This document shows, piece by piece, positions 48,476 to 50,254 of a stretch of 50,254 nt of DNA; the first letter of the stretch is position 1, and each line of letters starts with the position of its first letter. The DNA is taken from positions 1-50,254 of the forward strand of contig NW_021835780.1 of assembly GCF_006345805.1 (NCBI RefSeq). The letters run 5' to 3'. Both the position numbers and the translations under genes were made by a program. The stretch is from Octopus sinensis (taxonomy: Eukaryota). The notes beneath the pieces are model-generated. The model saw only the letters and a list, made by a program, of their open reading frames with translations, was not told the DNA's origin and ran no database searches.

Positions 48476-49214
48476 GCCTGTGTATGTGTACGCGTGTGTG
48501 TGTGTGTGTGCGTGTACGCGGACGTGTATCTGTGTGTGTTATAATATGCATACATACTTAACTTGCCATCCAGGCCTGTACGCAGTAGGTGCACGTGCAC
48601 TAGATATATCACTTTAAACAACTAGAATAAAACACTTTCTCCTTATAACAGCGCATCTGAAATACTGCTTACTAAATAACTGCAGCTATGATTGCTTCAG
48701 AAACTGAAATAGTTTATTTTCACAGGGAGCAAATTAATTGGTTCAGCTCCAGCCAATATCTCCTTCTGAACGTAAATTTGAAATTAAGTTAACTTCTATT
48801 TCTATACAAGTAATGAACCACGAACAAAATAATTTACTCCTAGTGAAATGTTCCCTTCAAATATCTTTTCCCCCTTTTTACTTTCTTAAATGTTTTCTGC
48901 TTGTGTAATGTGAAAGGTGCAATGTAATTAAGAAATCCTTATATACTCGTACTGAAGAGATTCACTTAAGCGAAATAGTGGCTTCTATACATGAATACTA
49001 AGGAGTTTATAGTTGAAACGAAAAGCGTGAATTTAATTAAATGAGTGTTTGAAGATTATATAATATTCTTCAATGCATTGCATTTAAAAGTAACATATTA
49101 AAGGTTTAAAAAAAAGCAAAATGAACTCCTAGCAGTACGATTTTCTCCCTTGCAGCAGAATGAAACAACCAATAAACGAAGTCATGTGTATGCCTGTATA
49201 TATATATATATATT

Positions 49215-49520
49215 ACGGAGATGTACTTGCATAGCGAGTGACTTGATCTGAGATCGTGTGCTGGAACGAAAATAATTGCACCATGCAAGGTGTTTACAGG
49301 CCATTTAAGAAACACACAAAACCGTTAGATTCACTTCAACATTTAAATTTAATTTGTCAAAATATTTTCGTCGCTTTGAGACCGCGACCTGTTCACTGAC
49401 AAAGGTTGTGCTACATCGTGCAGCACGAATTTTGACAAATTAAATTTAAATGTTGAAGTGAATCTAATGGTTTTGTGTGTTTCTTAAATGGCTTATAAAC
49501 ACCTTCCACACTGCAATTGT
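49215..49520 (-). mobile_element. Fold-back element (~90-bp arms) abutting (TA)n, with a hammerhead in the spacer
   Basis: Arms ~49271-49362 and ~49427-49520. Confidence 0.85.
49353..49403 (-). ncRNA. Type I hammerhead with G3:C8-swapped core (GUGAACA)
   Basis: TTTGTCA-GTGAACA-G-GTCGC-GGTCTCAAA-GCGAC-GAA-AATATT-T-TGACAAA; 7-bp helix I, 5-bp helix II, palindromic helix III. Confidence 0.8.
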
Positions 49521-49690
49521 TTAGGGGACCGGTAACTATTACAATATGTAGCGGCGATAGGTCAACACGTTGTTCTGAGACAGACCAAGGAATTTTTTAT
49601 TTTTAGATATAAATGAAGTACTTAAATGTAGTTGTGTTTTTAGCTTCTGCTCTTTTCATGATCACATGTGAGTATTTTATTTATATTCCC

Positions 49691-49765
49691 TCGTAAGCTC
49701 TACTGAAGAAGAATGTATCCTTTATAGAGATCAATTCCGAAATTGATTCAATATAGAGATAACGA
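49691..49765 (+). ncRNA. Type I hammerhead with canonical core CUGAAGA
   Basis: CTCTA-CTGAAGA-A-GAAT...ATTC-C-GAA-ATTGA-T-TCAAT-A-TAGAG; distal helix I TCGT/ACGA. Confidence 0.75.
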
Positions 49766-49928
49766 AATTTAAATTTTCTCAAAGTTGGTTGCCCGCTTTC
49801 AGTTCAATTTTCCTGTGGATTATTAAGTGGATAAATCAGTGTATTGGCTTTAGAATAACCTTCTTTTAATTTAAGCCTTAATTATATATGTATATATATA
49901 TATATTATATATATATATATATATATAT

Positions 49929-50250
49929 GGTACTCCGACGCTTACGACAACGAGGGTTCCAGTTAGTCCGATGGGCGGAACAGCTTGCTTGTGAGATTAA
50001 TGTGCAAGTGGCTGAGCACTCCACAGACACACTTACCCCTTCACTTACTTCTCAGCGAGATTCAGCGTCACAAAGAATGTGATGAGGCCGGCCCTTTGAG
50101 ATGCAGGTACTGCACATTTTGGCTAACTGCGTGGACTGGAGCAATGTGAATTAGAGTGTCATGTTCAAAGACACAACGCGCCGCCGAGAATCGAACTCAC
50201 GACCCTACGATCGCATGCCAAACACCCTAACCACTAAGACACGCGCCTTC
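49929..50250 (-). mobile_element. tRNA-derived SINE (family D): CORE-like centre with a family C-type tail
   Basis: Head GGCGCGTGTCTTAGTGGTTAGGG...GAGTTCGATTCTC; tail TGTCTGTGGAGTGCTCAGCCACTTGCAC.TTAAT..CAC.AGCA.GCTGTTCCG shared with 45120-45300. Confidence 0.8.
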
Positions 50251-50254
50251 ACAT

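Noticed and set aside
48945-48985. CTGAAGA...GAAA hammerhead-like trace
   Set aside because: Helix I and the NUH triplet cannot be formed; at best a heavily decayed relic

Overview
AT-rich eukaryotic intergenic or intronic DNA saturated with microsatellites ((TA)n, (CA)n, (AAT)n, (GAT)n, (AAG)n, (GATA)n). The repeat repertoire suggests an animal, probably a cephalopod such as Octopus (inference, no database check). No intact protein-coding gene is evident, and most ORFs in the supplied track are microsatellite artefacts. Recognisable content includes several tRNA-derived SINE families and non-LTR retrotransposon relics (RTE, CR1-type, R4/Dong-type), with the CR1 and R4/Dong pieces nested in an (AAT)n field. 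There are also Penelope GIY-YIG endonuclease relics and decayed hAT, mariner and piggyBac DNA transposons. The main unexplained signal is a set of short non-coding elements, often fold-back, carrying type I hammerhead ribozyme motifs with palindromic helix III (about ten motifs from at least six sequence families). These include a G3:C8-swapped core, a circularly permuted ~437-nt retrozyme-like monomer, and a possible tRNA-headed SINE with a hammerhead tail. A separate multi-hairpin motif with compensatory changes is shared by two fold-back insertions. All structures were folded by eye.
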